64,000 bases of DNA. Source: an uncultured Clostridia bacterium (GTDB taxonomy: Bacteria > Bacillota > Clostridia > TANB77 > CAG-508). Under the pieces are notes generated by a model. It worked only from the letters and a program-made list of their open reading frames with translations. It was not told the DNA's origin and searched no databases. Where the stretch lies: positions 28,487 to 92,486 of the forward strand of contig CALXWW010000004.1 of the NCBI GenBank assembly GCA_944392545.1, read 5' to 3'. The position numbers and the translations under genes are program-made. Of this stretch, positions 53,381 to 64,000 are shown in pieces; within the stretch, counting starts at the first letter, position 1; every line of letters starts with the position of its first letter.

Positions 53381-55312
53381 CTATTTAGAAAAGTTCTCAA
53401 CTTCTTCTACAATTTTAGATACAAACTCATCTACATTCATAGCACCAATATCTCCATCTTTTCTTGAACGTACTCCTACTGCATTTGATTCTATTTCTTT
53501 ATCTCCTAATACTAACATATATGGGACTTTTTGAAGTTGTGCTTCTCTTATTTTGTATCCTATTTTTTCATTTCTGTCATCTAATTCTACTCTTATATTC
53601 TTTTCTTCCAATTTATCTTTCACTTTTTTAGCATATTCTACATGAGCGTCTGCAATCGGTAATAGTTTTACTTGTACAGGTGCAAGCCATGTTGGGAAAG
53701 CACCTTTTGTTTCTTCTATTAAGAAAGAAATAAATCTATCAAATGTTCCAAGTATTGCTCTATGTATAACTATTGGTCTATGTGCTTTACCATCTTCACC
53801 AATGTATTCTAGTTCAAATCTTTGAGGTAATAGGAAGTCTAATTGGCATGTAGATATTGTTACATCATGTCCTATTGCTGTTTTTATTTGAACATCTAGT
53901 TTTGGTCCATAGAATGCCGCTTCACCCTTTGCTTCATAAAAGTCTATATTAAGTTCTGTTAAGATTTGTCTTAATTGACTTTCTGCATTTTCCCACATTT
54001 CATCATCATCAAAATATTTTTCTTTATTTTCTTTATCTCTTAACGATAATCTAAATGTATAATCTTTAAATCCAAAGTCTTTATATACAGCAAGTATTAG
54101 GTTTACCACTTCGCCAAATACTGGTTTTATTTGTTCTGGAGTTACAAATATATGTGCATCGTTTTGACACATTTCTCTTACTCTTTCTAAACCACAAACA
54201 CTTCCGCTTGCTTCATATCTAAAATCATGTGCAAGTTCACCGATTCTTATTGGTAAATCTCTATATGAATGCATTGCATTTTTGTATATTAGCATATGGT
54301 GTGGACAGTTCATTGGTCTTAACACCATTTCTTCATTATCCATTTTCATTACTGGAAACATATCATCTTTATAGTGATCCCAGTGTCCACTTGTTTTGTA
54401 TAACGCAACATTTGCAAGTGATGGAGTATATACATGTTTATATCCTAATTTTACTTCTTTATTTAAAATGTATTGTTCTAATAATCTTCTTATTGTTGCA
54501 CCATTTGGTAAATACATTGGAAGTCCTGAGCCTACAAGTTCATGTGTCATAAATAAATCTAATTGTTTTCCTATTTTTCTATGATCTCTTTGTTTTGCAT
54601 CTTCTAATTTTTGCATATGTTCTTCAAGCTGGCTCGCTTTTGGGAAAGATACTCCATAAAATCTTTGAAGCATTTTATTATGCTCATTTCCTCTCCAATA
54701 TGCACCTGAAGAAGTTAAAATTTTTATAGATTTAACTTTACCTGTACTCATTAAATGTGGTCCTGCACATAAATCAGTAAATTCCCCTTGTTTATAAAAA
54801 GAGATTTCTTCTCCTTCTGGAAGTTCTTCAATTAATTCTACTTTATAGTCTTCACCTTGTTCTTTTTCAAATTTAATAGCTTCTTCTCTTGAAAGAGTAT
54901 ATCTTTCAATTGGTAAGTCTTCTTTAATAATCTTCTTCATTTCAGCTTCTATTTTTTCAAAATCTTCTGAAGAAATATTTTCTTTCACATCAAAATCATA
55001 ATAAAATCCTTCATCTATTGATGGACCTATCGCAAGTTTAATATCATTTCCATATATTCTTTTTATAGCTTGTGCCATAATATGAGAAGTTGTATGCCAG
55101 TATGCTTTTTTACCATCTTCACTATTATCAAAAGTTAATATTTCTACCTCTGCATCTTCTATTATATTATATCTTAAATCTTTAACTTCTCCATTTACTC
55201 TTCCACAAGTTGCATTTCTTGCCAAACCTTCACTTATTTTTTTTGCTAAATCTAAAATTGAAATTCCTTTTTCAACTTCCATAGCTGTTCCATCTTTTAA
55301 AATAACCTTCAT
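53381..55312 (-). CDS. thrS: Threonyl-tRNA synthetase
   Basis: TGS domain, class II core and anticodon-binding domain. Start placed at MKVILKDG (AAGGAAG RBS). The 5' extension in the supplied ORF overlaps the T-box leader. Confidence 0.95.
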   Translation of the reverse strand: MKVILKDGTAMEVEKGISILDLAKKISEGLARNATCGRVNGEVKDLRYNIIEDAEVEILTFDNSEDGKKAYWHTTSHIMAQAIKRIYGNDIKLAIGPSIDEGFYYDFDVKENISSEDFEKIEAEMKKIIKEDLPIERYTLSREEAIKFEKEQGEDYKVELIEELPEGEEISFYKQGEFTDLCAGPHLMSTGKVKSIKILTSSGAYWRGNEHNKMLQRFYGVSFPKASQLEEHMQKLEDAKQRDHRKIGKQLDLFMTHELVGSGLPMYLPNGATIRRLLEQYILNKEVKLGYKHVYTPSLANVALYKTSGHWDHYKDDMFPVMKMDNEEMVLRPMNCPHHMLIYKNAMHSYRDLPIRIGELAHDFRYEASGSVCGLERVREMCQNDAHIFVTPEQIKPVFGEVVNLILAVYKDFGFKDYTFRLSLRDKENKEKYFDDDEMWENAESQLRQILTELNIDFYEAKGEAAFYGPKLDVQIKTAIGHDVTISTCQLDFLLPQRFELEYIGEDGKAHRPIVIHRAILGTFDRFISFLIEETKGAFPTWLAPVQVKLLPIADAHVEYAKKVKDKLEEKNIRVELDDRNEKIGYKIREAQLQKVPYMLVLGDKEIESNAVGVRSRKDGDIGAMNVDEFVSKIVEEVENFSK

Positions 55313-55329
55313 ATAAATTCTTCCTTTCT

Positions 55330-55560
55330 TTAAAAACAAAGTTATATCAAAAAAACACTCCTCTGCAATCAAATGACTACAGAGGGGTGCTCTATATAAC
55401 ACGGTTCCACCCTTTGTTTTACTCTAAATTTACTTTTAACGCAAGTTATACGTCTAGTTTTGCTAGAAACAATGAGGTAGTTTTTCAAATATGTTTATTT
55501 AAAATAGCTTTCAGCCTATGACTATTTCTCTCTTAAAATAACCTTTATTTTACTTTTTCT
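55330..55560 (-). promoter_or_regulatory. T-box riboswitch leader of thrS (Thr ACC specifier)
   Basis: On the minus strand: AGAGAG in the stem I region. ACUACCUCA candidate specifier loop. T-box sequence AAAGGGTGGAACCGTG. Terminator cccctctgtag...ttgcagagg followed by a U7 tract. Confidence 0.8.
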
Positions 55561-55620
55561 CATTTATGTTTTTATCAATATGTTTTTTATTATATATCTT
55601 TTTTTATGTTATGTCAACAC

Positions 55621-55670
55621 CTGTTATGTAGTTTTATTATATTATCTGTTATGTAGTTTTATTATATTAT
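55621..55670. repeat. Perfect 25-bp tandem duplication (CTGTTATGTAGTTTTATTATATTAT x2) spanning the 3' end of the DUF4190-like gene
   Basis: Read directly from the sequence. Confidence 0.85.
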
Positions 55671-56032
55671 AACATAAATACATACATTGACATAAATACA
55701 AATTCTACTGCACCTACACATAATCCTGTAACGCCCATCCACTTTGCTGTTTGTTTTTCTTGCTTAAATGTTGTAATTCCTATTATTCCTAGTATTGTTG
55801 CTACTATTCCACATGGTAATCCAAACATTAAGATACCTACCATTGAAAAGATAAAACTTAATAAACAACATACGTTTATTTTCTTTTCTACTGTTTGATT
55901 TGTTTGTGTTGTATTTACTGTATCATTTACATTTTCCATATTTTGCATTACAGTTTCATTCGTTTGCACATTCTCTTGTTTTTCATTTGATTCTAAATTT
56001 TGATTTAAATTATTCTCTTCCATAAAAAACAC
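55667..56032 (-). CDS. Small membrane protein (DUF4190-like)
   Basis: 121 aa. N/Q-rich N-terminus and two C-terminal TM helices with the CGIVATILGIIG pattern. Confidence 0.4.
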   Translation of the reverse strand: MFFMEENNLNQNLESNEKQENVQTNETVMQNMENVNDTVNTTQTNQTVEKKINVCCLLSFIFSMVGILMFGLPCGIVATILGIIGITTFKQEKQTAKWMGVTGLCVGAVEFVFMSMYVFML

Positions 56033-56060
56033 CTTCCTTTTTTACTTTAATTTTTTATCT

Positions 56061-58949
56061 TTATTTATCAATATTTTTATGTTTAATATAAAAATATATA
56101 CTAAATATGGCAATAATAATCACTACTATTCCAATAGATATTATTCCTGTTTGTGGTATTGGATTTGGTGCTACTGTATTATCTATTGAATTTTCACCTG
56201 ATTCATCGTTATCTGGTGGGACTATTGGATTATTATCATCAATAATATCTTCTACATATACATTATCTTTATAAAATGATAATTTTACATTATCTGCATT
56301 TATAAGATTTGACTTGATTTGCTCTACACTTTCATCATTTACTTTAGCAATTTCTTTTAAATATATATACAACTCATCTGGATTTTTTTCACTTAATTCT
56401 TCATAGTTTATCATATCTTTAGTGCTTATCTTAAATGTCATTGTATATGTCCCATCTTCATTTTCAGTTATGCTTATATTTTTCAATTTTGTCCAATTTT
56501 CTATGTTTTCTTCAGAATCACTTTCTGATAAATAATAATAATATGTATAATCTGTATCTGCGTCTCTATCTTTTATATTATCTATCTTAAAACTCATATC
56601 TACATAATTTTCCTCATCTATATCATAATATAGATATATGCTAGCATCTGTTAAACTAGTTTTCATTTCTTCTAAATTTGATAATATTGGTCTTGCACCC
56701 TCTAATATTTCTATTTCAAATGTAGTGGTAAATCCTTCATATTCAATAGTTATATTTTGCTTTCCTATTACTTTGCTATTAAAGCCTGTTATTATAAATG
56801 ATTTTGAATTCATTTTTAAGTCTTGGATACTATCATCTGTATATGTTATTCTTACTACTCCACCTTCCAAATTTAATTCTTCTTCATTCTCCATATATGT
56901 AGTTTTAGTAGGTAATGTTAATACTTCTATGCTTCTTATCTCTTTTTCTACTACTATTGGATTTACTGTTATATTCTGCACTACTTTTTTCGTTATTCCA
57001 TCTTCTGTATATGAAATAGTTATACTTTCTTGACCATAGTATAGGTTATCTCCATTTTCTATGTTGTAATTCGTTATTTCTTTTGTACTCAAGTCACTAT
57101 ATGTAGCTAGAACTACCATTCCTGCATCATCAAAATCTTCACCTTCTGTATATATTAATTTGTTTGGAGGAGTAGTTATTTCGATTTTTGTTAATTCTGG
57201 TTCTTCTTTTTCTTCCTCTGTAAATGCTTTTATTGAAACATTTCCATGAAGAAATTCATATGTGGTTAAATCTATCCATTCTCCTTTGCTAAAGCCCTCT
57301 GTCGTCGTATAAAAGCTCTCGTTTGTGTTTACTTCTACATTTTCGTCTGTATCTTTTGTTTCTGTCATAAAGTTTTGTTCACCAGTACCTGATTGAATGC
57401 TCATTGCTACTGCAAATGTATCTCCAGTTAATTTTATAGGTTCTTTTAACATTATTGTATGATATCCAGGCTCTATTGTTATTGTATCTCCTGCCTCTAA
57501 TTCCACTTCTTGTAGATTTAATAAATCATTACTGCTAGGATTGACGTACACTTTACAGTTCACTTCTTGTATTGTAAATATGCTAACCATTGTTAATAAT
57601 TCATTTTCTTTATTACTATCTCTTGTAAATTTATTTGCTATGTATACATCCTCACTTTCTATAACCCCCACAGGAATAGAAGGATTCAATTTATTGTTTT
57701 GATATATATTATCATAATCTTTAGTTGCTGTTGCTTTTTCTATTGCATATAGTTCATTATATATATGTACGTCTTCATATGAAACATACATATATCCACT
57801 ATCTCCAATGTCTACAACTAATTTGTCTTGTTCAACTCTTACTTTTCCTTCTCCATATGAGCTCTCAAAAGCATCTATTATAAAATTATTTTCAATATCT
57901 TCTGGCGCATTCCATCCACGCTCATTGCATTGTTCTGTATATTCTGAATATATTTGTTCTTTGATTTTTATTAAATCTTCTGTTAGTTTGTCTCCCCAAG
58001 AATTTTTTACTATCCATGCACCATCATACAAAGGCTTATTCTTTTCATTAAAATTATCTTTACTATATGTGTCATCCCAACCAATTATAACTACTGCATG
58101 GTTCATTGGATACAGCCCAGCATCTGAACAATATATTGCACCCGTTTTGTTATTATATACGTCTGAAAGTAATTGTGCACCATGAATTCCAGCATATATT
58201 CCACCATAGTTACTAATTACTTGTTTCATTTTTGACATAAGTTCTGTTATCCCTATATCATCTTTGTCTTCAAACATAATGGTATCATACAATGTAGTAG
58301 TTGTGTTTTTATTTTGTATTTCTGATATATCTACATTATTCTCATTATTTTCAAATGGCATTTCTTCTTCGTCTATTGCACCCATACCATTAGTTAAATA
58401 TGATTGTGCCATATAGAATGTGCCTCCTTGATCAAAGCCTACATTATATCCATATTCATTTATTTCACCATTATTAAATACATTATTTCTTGTAGCATAG
58501 TCCATATGTCTTTCTGAAAAATCATACACATTTTCTGTTGTTCCTGCTTTATAATCTAAAAAAGCTATATTACTCTCTAAACTTCCTATGCTTGCAAAAG
58601 CCCAACATGAATTAGTTTGCATCTGGTTCTTTATAGTAACATTATTTGAAATTATATCTCTTAAATCATACTCTGAATTCAAAGCATTTTGTAACAAAAC
58701 TGGACTATTTAATATGTTATTTATGTTTCTAAAATATTGACTACTTGTTTTTGGTGAAATTACGTCATATCTACTTGGTTCTAATCTATTTTTCTTTTCC
58801 TCATCTGAAAGCGTCATATATTCTTTATATTCGTCTGTATAATCTATAGTTTTAAAATTTGTTTCTACTGCTGCATATACATTTCTACAACAAATTATTC
58901 CTATAAATATTATAAATAATATAGCTATTTTTATTATTTTACTTTTCAT
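56061..58949 (-). CDS. Cell-wall-anchored papain-like (C1A) cysteine protease with Ig-like repeat region and IPQTG sorting signal
   Basis: Signal peptide. QTNSCWAFAS catalytic Cys. HAVVIIGWD His. NSWG. Repeated Big-like domains. C-terminal NPIPQTG, then TM helix and KHKNIDK tail. 962 aa. Confidence 0.85.
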   Translation of the reverse strand: MKSKIIKIAILFIIFIGIICCRNVYAAVETNFKTIDYTDEYKEYMTLSDEEKKNRLEPSRYDVISPKTSSQYFRNINNILNSPVLLQNALNSEYDLRDIISNNVTIKNQMQTNSCWAFASIGSLESNIAFLDYKAGTTENVYDFSERHMDYATRNNVFNNGEINEYGYNVGFDQGGTFYMAQSYLTNGMGAIDEEEMPFENNENNVDISEIQNKNTTTTLYDTIMFEDKDDIGITELMSKMKQVISNYGGIYAGIHGAQLLSDVYNNKTGAIYCSDAGLYPMNHAVVIIGWDDTYSKDNFNEKNKPLYDGAWIVKNSWGDKLTEDLIKIKEQIYSEYTEQCNERGWNAPEDIENNFIIDAFESSYGEGKVRVEQDKLVVDIGDSGYMYVSYEDVHIYNELYAIEKATATKDYDNIYQNNKLNPSIPVGVIESEDVYIANKFTRDSNKENELLTMVSIFTIQEVNCKVYVNPSSNDLLNLQEVELEAGDTITIEPGYHTIMLKEPIKLTGDTFAVAMSIQSGTGEQNFMTETKDTDENVEVNTNESFYTTTEGFSKGEWIDLTTYEFLHGNVSIKAFTEEEKEEPELTKIEITTPPNKLIYTEGEDFDDAGMVVLATYSDLSTKEITNYNIENGDNLYYGQESITISYTEDGITKKVVQNITVNPIVVEKEIRSIEVLTLPTKTTYMENEEELNLEGGVVRITYTDDSIQDLKMNSKSFIITGFNSKVIGKQNITIEYEGFTTTFEIEILEGARPILSNLEEMKTSLTDASIYLYYDIDEENYVDMSFKIDNIKDRDADTDYTYYYYLSESDSEENIENWTKLKNISITENEDGTYTMTFKISTKDMINYEELSEKNPDELYIYLKEIAKVNDESVEQIKSNLINADNVKLSFYKDNVYVEDIIDDNNPIVPPDNDESGENSIDNTVAPNPIPQTGIISIGIVVIIIAIFSIYFYIKHKNIDK

Positions 58950-58952
58950 ATG

Positions 58953-60263
58953 TTATCCCTCTTTTATTTTTCCTAATAATTTAAACATATTTGTTTTGTA
59001 TTTTTCAACACCTGGTTGGTTAAACGGATTTACTCCTAATATTTCCCCAGACATAGCACATGCAAGTTCAAAGAAATATATAAGTTGTCCAACATTGTTT
59101 GCATCTAATTTTTCAATATTTACTACAATATTTGGAACATCTCCATCCACATGAGCTTGTATTGTTCCTTCCATTGCTTTTTTATTAACATAACTTAATG
59201 TTTTGCCCTCTAAATAATTTAAGTTATCCAAGTCATCTTCTTCCATTTTTAAAGTTATATCTCTTTCTGGTTTTTCTATACTGATTACTGTTTCAAATAG
59301 ATTTCTTCTACCTTCTTGTATATATTGTCCAAGTGAATGTAAATCTGTTGTAAACTCAGCGCCTGAAGGATATATTCCTTTTTGTTCTTTTCCTTCGCTT
59401 TCTCCAAATAATTGTTTCCACCATTCTATAAAGTAATGCATTTTTGGTTCATATGTAATTAGAAGCTCTATATTTTTTTCTTTCTCATATAGCATATTTC
59501 TTAGAACTGCATATTTATAACATTCATTGTACTTCAAATTTTCATCTGAATATCTATCTTGTGCAAATCTCGCACCTGCCATTAATTCATCAATATTTAT
59601 ACCAGCTGTAGCTATTGGTAATAGTCCCACCGCTGTCAAAACAGAGTATCTTCCTCCAACATTATCTGGGATTACAAAGGTAGTGTATTTTTCTTTTTTA
59701 GCAAGTTCTTTTAACGCACCAATTTTCTTATCTGTCGTAACATAAATTCTTTCTCTTGCTTCTTTTAAGCTATATTTGTTTTCTAAAATTTCTCTAAAAA
59801 TCCTAAATGCAATCGCCGGTTCTGTTGTAGTTCCTGATTTTGAAATAACATTTATTGAAATATCTTTATCTGCGATATAGTCTATTAAATCACTAACATA
59901 TGTTGAGCTCAAATTGTTTCCTACATAAAGTATTTGAGGCATCCTTCTTGTGTTTTTAGATTGCATATTATAGAATGTATTTGTTAATGACTCTATAACA
60001 GCTCTCGCACCTAAATACGAACCTCCTATACCTATTACTAATAACACATCCGAATCTTTCTGGATTTTTTCGGCTGCTTTTTTTATTTTATCAAATTCTT
60101 TTTTATCATAATTTGTTGGTAATTCTAGCCAACCACAGTATTCTTTTTTATCTTCTGCTTTTTCATGCAATTTTTTATGTATTTCTTTTACTTGTTCCGC
60201 ATATTTCATTATATTTTTTTCAAAAACTTTTGCATTTGAAAAATCTACTTTTATGTTTTTCAA
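58953..60263 (-). CDS. pgi: Glucose-6-phosphate isomerase
   Basis: Short bacterial PGI (436 aa) with the SIS-domain signature [16 protein letters not shown]. Confidence 0.9.
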   Translation of the reverse strand: MKNIKVDFSNAKVFEKNIMKYAEQVKEIHKKLHEKAEDKKEYCGWLELPTNYDKKEFDKIKKAAEKIQKDSDVLLVIGIGGSYLGARAVIESLTNTFYNMQSKNTRRMPQILYVGNNLSSTYVSDLIDYIADKDISINVISKSGTTTEPAIAFRIFREILENKYSLKEARERIYVTTDKKIGALKELAKKEKYTTFVIPDNVGGRYSVLTAVGLLPIATAGINIDELMAGARFAQDRYSDENLKYNECYKYAVLRNMLYEKEKNIELLITYEPKMHYFIEWWKQLFGESEGKEQKGIYPSGAEFTTDLHSLGQYIQEGRRNLFETVISIEKPERDITLKMEEDDLDNLNYLEGKTLSYVNKKAMEGTIQAHVDGDVPNIVVNIEKLDANNVGQLIYFFELACAMSGEILGVNPFNQPGVEKYKTNMFKLLGKIKEG

Positions 60264-60302
60264 CCTACACTCCTCCTTTGTATATTACATATATATAAAT
60301 AT

Positions 60303-60345
60303 ATAAAAAACTAACTATATAATATTATATAGTTAGTTTTTATGC
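60303..60345 (-). terminator. Intrinsic terminator after the three-gene orphan cluster
   Basis: aaaaaactaactatata-at-tatatagttagttttt palindrome with flanking T-run on the minus strand. Confidence 0.6.
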
Positions 60346-60410
60346 AATAGTTTTTCAAAAAAATGTTATCAAATATATACTAATATTTCATTATATTTTC
60401 TGTAAAATAT

Positions 60411-60809
60411 TTATACTTTATTTTTTAATAAACTCTTTATTTTTTCTATAAATTTTGTAAATATATTTTTTTTAGTTTGAACAATTGATATGTTCATATT
60501 TCCTTCTTTTTTAATTTTAGAAACATTATTTTTTTTATTAAAAACATTTTCTAAATTATATTTTTCCAATCTTTGTTTTTCTTTAAGTTTTTCTGCTACC
60601 TGAAGTTCTTTTATTTGTGAATTTATTTTTACTATATCATCGTGATTTTTTTGAAATAACTCTTTCAGTACTAAAAATCTTTCATCATTAGGATCTATTT
60701 TATTTTCTTTTAAGTCATCTAATTTATTACATAATTTTTTATATTCCCTTGCTTTTAGGTCAAGTTCCATAGTTAGACCAACCAATTTGGTTTGGCTTAA
60801 ATTCATCAT
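60411..60809 (-). CDS. Hypothetical coiled-coil protein (132 aa)
   Basis: ORF overlaps the upstream gene by 4 nt (ATGA coupling). No known domain. Confidence 0.4.
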   Translation of the reverse strand: MMNLSQTKLVGLTMELDLKAREYKKLCNKLDDLKENKIDPNDERFLVLKELFQKNHDDIVKINSQIKELQVAEKLKEKQRLEKYNLENVFNKKNNVSKIKKEGNMNISIVQTKKNIFTKFIEKIKSLLKNKV

Positions 60810-61882
60810 CTATCATATCCTCCATTCTCTATTTGTCTTTGTTCTCTTTGATAAAGAATGTATTGCTCATTTTCCATTGCATCTTGGAAACTATATTCAG
60901 ATGGCACAGTTAAATTTGATGTTGCTTTCTTAAATCTTTCTACTTGTTTTTTTAGTCTATTATACCCCATACCAATATTTATTTGAGTTAAAGGATTTTT
61001 AGGATTTTGTCTATCATATTCCTCTATAAACGCTTTTAGTCCTCTTTGAAATGCTCTAAATATCATTTCTCTATCTTGTTCCTCAGGGCTTGTCTCTTCC
61101 ACATTATACCTTCCTTTTGAAGTACTACTTTCGTGATGTCTGTATTTTTGATTAAGTTCGAAATCATTAATTACTGCATAACCTTTACTTTTATTTACAT
61201 ACATAGTTCCCTTTGATATTATATTGCCTCTTGAATCTCTAACAACAAGATTTTGCACATCTGGTGCTATAATACTTGAAATAGCAATATTTTCCCCGTA
61301 GAGTTGGCTTGTAATTGTTGCACAACAATTACAAAATAATCCCATTATAGCATTGTGTGGATCGTTTTTACTAAGCCACTCATAAGTAAACTGCTTATCA
61401 TATAACTCTTCTATTATTTCTCTTCCGCTTGCCAATTCTTCTTCAGTTTGCTTTTTTATTCTTTCTATACTTTCTAATATTGTTTCTTCCCTTATTGGCT
61501 GTCCTAATATATGTTCTTGAATTCTTGCATTTTTTGCTTTTTGTCTTAGTATACTTGCTTTATCAAATATATCTTGTGATAGACCTTTTCCTTCAAACAA
61601 TTCTGCAATATCTGCACTTTCCTTTGTGACTCCCACATATTTGTTACTTAAATAAAATTTCTTTAAAGCTTCTTCCCAAGAAACTTTTATTGGTTTTCCG
61701 TTTGCATCTAAACTTTCTCTATATGATTTTACGGAATCAAAGTTTGACATTACTTTCATAAATATACCAGGATATTCTTCCTCCAAACTTAAAATCAACT
61801 CTAAATTCGGAAAGATTCTTTTATCCTCTTGTATAGATATAAATTTTAGAAATTCTTGATTAGGCGTAACCCCCGGTGGCAT
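60806..61882 (-). CDS. Hypothetical cytoplasmic protein (358 aa)
   Basis: Open reading frame with a CNCC-containing core. No recognisable family. Confidence 0.4.
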   Translation of the reverse strand: MPPGVTPNQEFLKFISIQEDKRIFPNLELILSLEEEYPGIFMKVMSNFDSVKSYRESLDANGKPIKVSWEEALKKFYLSNKYVGVTKESADIAELFEGKGLSQDIFDKASILRQKAKNARIQEHILGQPIREETILESIERIKKQTEEELASGREIIEELYDKQFTYEWLSKNDPHNAIMGLFCNCCATITSQLYGENIAISSIIAPDVQNLVVRDSRGNIISKGTMYVNKSKGYAVINDFELNQKYRHHESSTSKGRYNVEETSPEEQDREMIFRAFQRGLKAFIEEYDRQNPKNPLTQINIGMGYNRLKKQVERFKKATSNLTVPSEYSFQDAMENEQYILYQREQRQIENGGYDR

Positions 61883-61904
61883 TGAATCAAATAGTTCGTG
61901 ATAT

Positions 61905-63620
61905 TTACCGTAATTTCATTTCATCTGTTTTTAATAATCTAGCAAGTAATGAAGATGCCTTTTGAGCTAATGTAACCTGTGTTTCTTTTCCTTTCTTATC
62001 CAATATTTTTTCTTCTGAAAAACATCCTAAGGCACCAGCGAATTTAAAAAAGTCTAATTTTTCTTCTTCTGGAAAATCTGATAGCATATCATTAATTTTT
62101 GGAATTTCATTTTTAAAAAATCTAAAATCACTATTCTCACAAAATGATTTCACTTTCCCACTTTTAACTAACTCTAATGCATATATATAAGGTATTGTAA
62201 AGTTATTTTTTCTTAAAGTCTCTGAAAAATCAATTACTTCTTCTAATTTACCACTTTGTACTAATATATTATATTCAAACCCATCAAAACATTTTGCTAT
62301 TTTATCAATTTCCACTGTTTCCTCATGTTCAAGCATTTCCTGTGAGAATACTAATTCTCCAGTTTTAGTTCTATATACATGTTTAAAGTTTAATCCATCA
62401 AAAGCTTTTTTTCCGATAGATTTTACTCTAGAATGCACTACTAATTTTTTTAGCGTTATACATCCATTAAATGCATCATCCGGAATCTCTGTTTCACTGT
62501 CTGGTATTGTATATTCTATAATCGGTTCTCTTGACAGATTAAATTCTTCATTTAAAAAATTACATTCTCCCGCAAAATTTCCGCCACGACTTGCACCATA
62601 TTCTCTATTACCATTTGATTGTATGTTCCTAACATCTATCCCATTAAAAAAACCACGAATTGAACTATTCTGCCACATTGTACTATTTTGGTCATCTTCA
62701 TCTGGGTAGAATGGAATATTAGAAATAATTGCTTCTTCTGATCTTAAATCAAAATATCTTGCTCTTCCGTTTCCTATTGGGTTTATACTTTTAGGCATTT
62801 CATCCCAATTTTTTATTACAAAAGAGATTGGCTCAACTTTTACCCATCTTATTGTTCCATTTTTACCAGATGGAACTCCATCAGAGTATCTGTTTTCTTT
62901 TGAATTTGGATATGATACTACACGCACATATCTTTCCCCTTTATATTCAAATTCTGGACTATGCTTTCCTGCGTAATCTTTATAGCCTTCTTTTTGACCA
63001 TTGCCAGAATACCATCTACCTGTACATAAAATTCCTTCTTGAATTTTTCCTCCATTATATAATGACTCTAATGTTTTGCTTAAGTCTTCGTCTACTTTTG
63101 TTTTTGCATATTCACCAATTTGCAGTGTATAATATATAATTTTTCCATCTGTGTCTTTTACTTCTCTTATGTCAAATTGTTCTGGCTCTTGACTTCCATT
63201 TTCTTGATTTTTTAAAAGTCTCGACTTACCTTGTAAAGAAATATCAGATGGCAAATGGTAATGTAGAGATGGACACAGTCCAGCACTTTTGCTATTAGCA
63301 CATAAATTATTCCACTCGCCATTGCAATAAACATAGTAAACATTGTACTTATCATATGCAGATCGGCTCCACGCCCAAGTTGTTTGTCTTCCATTACGAG
63401 TTGTATAATTATTATATATATAAGCATTATTCATTTGAGCATAGTCAGTAGCAGATATTCTTCTCTCCATATCTGTCTTTTTACCATCATATTGCTCTTC
63501 ATAGCTTTCTAAATATATCAAATCAGTTGTATTAAAATCTTTATTTCCTTTATTTTGATGTTCATCTGTATTTTCAATAGTAGTTGGAATAATTTTACTT
63601 CTTAAATCCTCTCTTTTCAT
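61905..63620 (-). CDS. Hypothetical protein (571 aa) with N-terminal W-x-RS-type domain and one BspA-type LRR unit; no signal peptide
   Basis: TDYAQMNN...TWAWSRSAYD...GLCPSL region and TIPDSETEIPDDAFNGCITLKKLVV LRR-like unit. Separated from the next ORF by only 22 bp in a different frame. Confidence 0.45.
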   Translation of the reverse strand: MKREDLRSKIIPTTIENTDEHQNKGNKDFNTTDLIYLESYEEQYDGKKTDMERRISATDYAQMNNAYIYNNYTTRNGRQTTWAWSRSAYDKYNVYYVYCNGEWNNLCANSKSAGLCPSLHYHLPSDISLQGKSRLLKNQENGSQEPEQFDIREVKDTDGKIIYYTLQIGEYAKTKVDEDLSKTLESLYNGGKIQEGILCTGRWYSGNGQKEGYKDYAGKHSPEFEYKGERYVRVVSYPNSKENRYSDGVPSGKNGTIRWVKVEPISFVIKNWDEMPKSINPIGNGRARYFDLRSEEAIISNIPFYPDEDDQNSTMWQNSSIRGFFNGIDVRNIQSNGNREYGASRGGNFAGECNFLNEEFNLSREPIIEYTIPDSETEIPDDAFNGCITLKKLVVHSRVKSIGKKAFDGLNFKHVYRTKTGELVFSQEMLEHEETVEIDKIAKCFDGFEYNILVQSGKLEEVIDFSETLRKNNFTIPYIYALELVKSGKVKSFCENSDFRFFKNEIPKINDMLSDFPEEEKLDFFKFAGALGCFSEEKILDKKGKETQVTLAQKASSLLARLLKTDEMKLR

Positions 63621-64000
63621 GTGTACCTCTTTTTTATATACTTATATATTGTTTTTATACTATAAAATAATAAAAATTATATCATCTATATGTAATATAT
63701 TATTTTAATTTTGGCGCTCTACGTCTACCACGCTAATTATATACTGCTTTAGATATTTTGTAAATAATTTTGTAAAACTTCATCTTTATTTATTAAAAGT
63801 TTGCTTATCTATAAATAACAGTAAAAAAACAAGTGCATATGAATTTTTCTCATTCATATGCACTTTCGTAAACATTATATATAACATATTTATAATATTA
63901 AACTCAGACTAATACCTCACTTAACACTTTAGATAAGTATTTCATACTATTTAGACATTGTTCCATTGTATTGCCTGTTGCACCAACTTCTATTATGCTT

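Noticed and set aside
55313-55402. 30-codon 5' extension of the thrS ORF
   Set aside because: The extension covers the T-box terminator/antiterminator. The RBS-supported start is the MKVILKDG methionine.

Overview
Low-GC (about 25-28%) Firmicutes chromosome segment, clearly a Clostridia-type spore former. It carries spoIVA, a gerA/B/C germinant-receptor operon, dps, ECF sigma factors, and IPQTG-type sortase substrates. Most of the window is housekeeping genes on the minus strand: dinB, coaE, tmcAL, dapF, a tRNA-Val/Asp/Phe cluster, glmU, rnr, secG, ftsH, cysS, a class A PBP, clpXP, tig, tsaD, lysS, recN, thrS with a T-box leader, and pgi. The main oddities are as follows. (1) A compositionally foreign (about 40% GC) RelA/SpoT synthetase-only gene with its own promoter and terminator. 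It sits between recN and thrS, next to a 777-aa coiled-coil orphan. (2) Three single-base frameshifts, in gerA, gerC and tsaD. (3) Several large orphan proteins: one of 942 aa, and a cytoplasmic three-gene cluster upstream of pgi. (4) A membrane-anchored FGE-sulfatase-domain protein followed by a GC-rich stem-loop. (5) Near-identical 270-bp tandem repeats inside an LRR surface-protein gene. (6) Assorted palindromes and phased repeats in intergenic DNA. No CRISPR array, transposase or integrase was seen.
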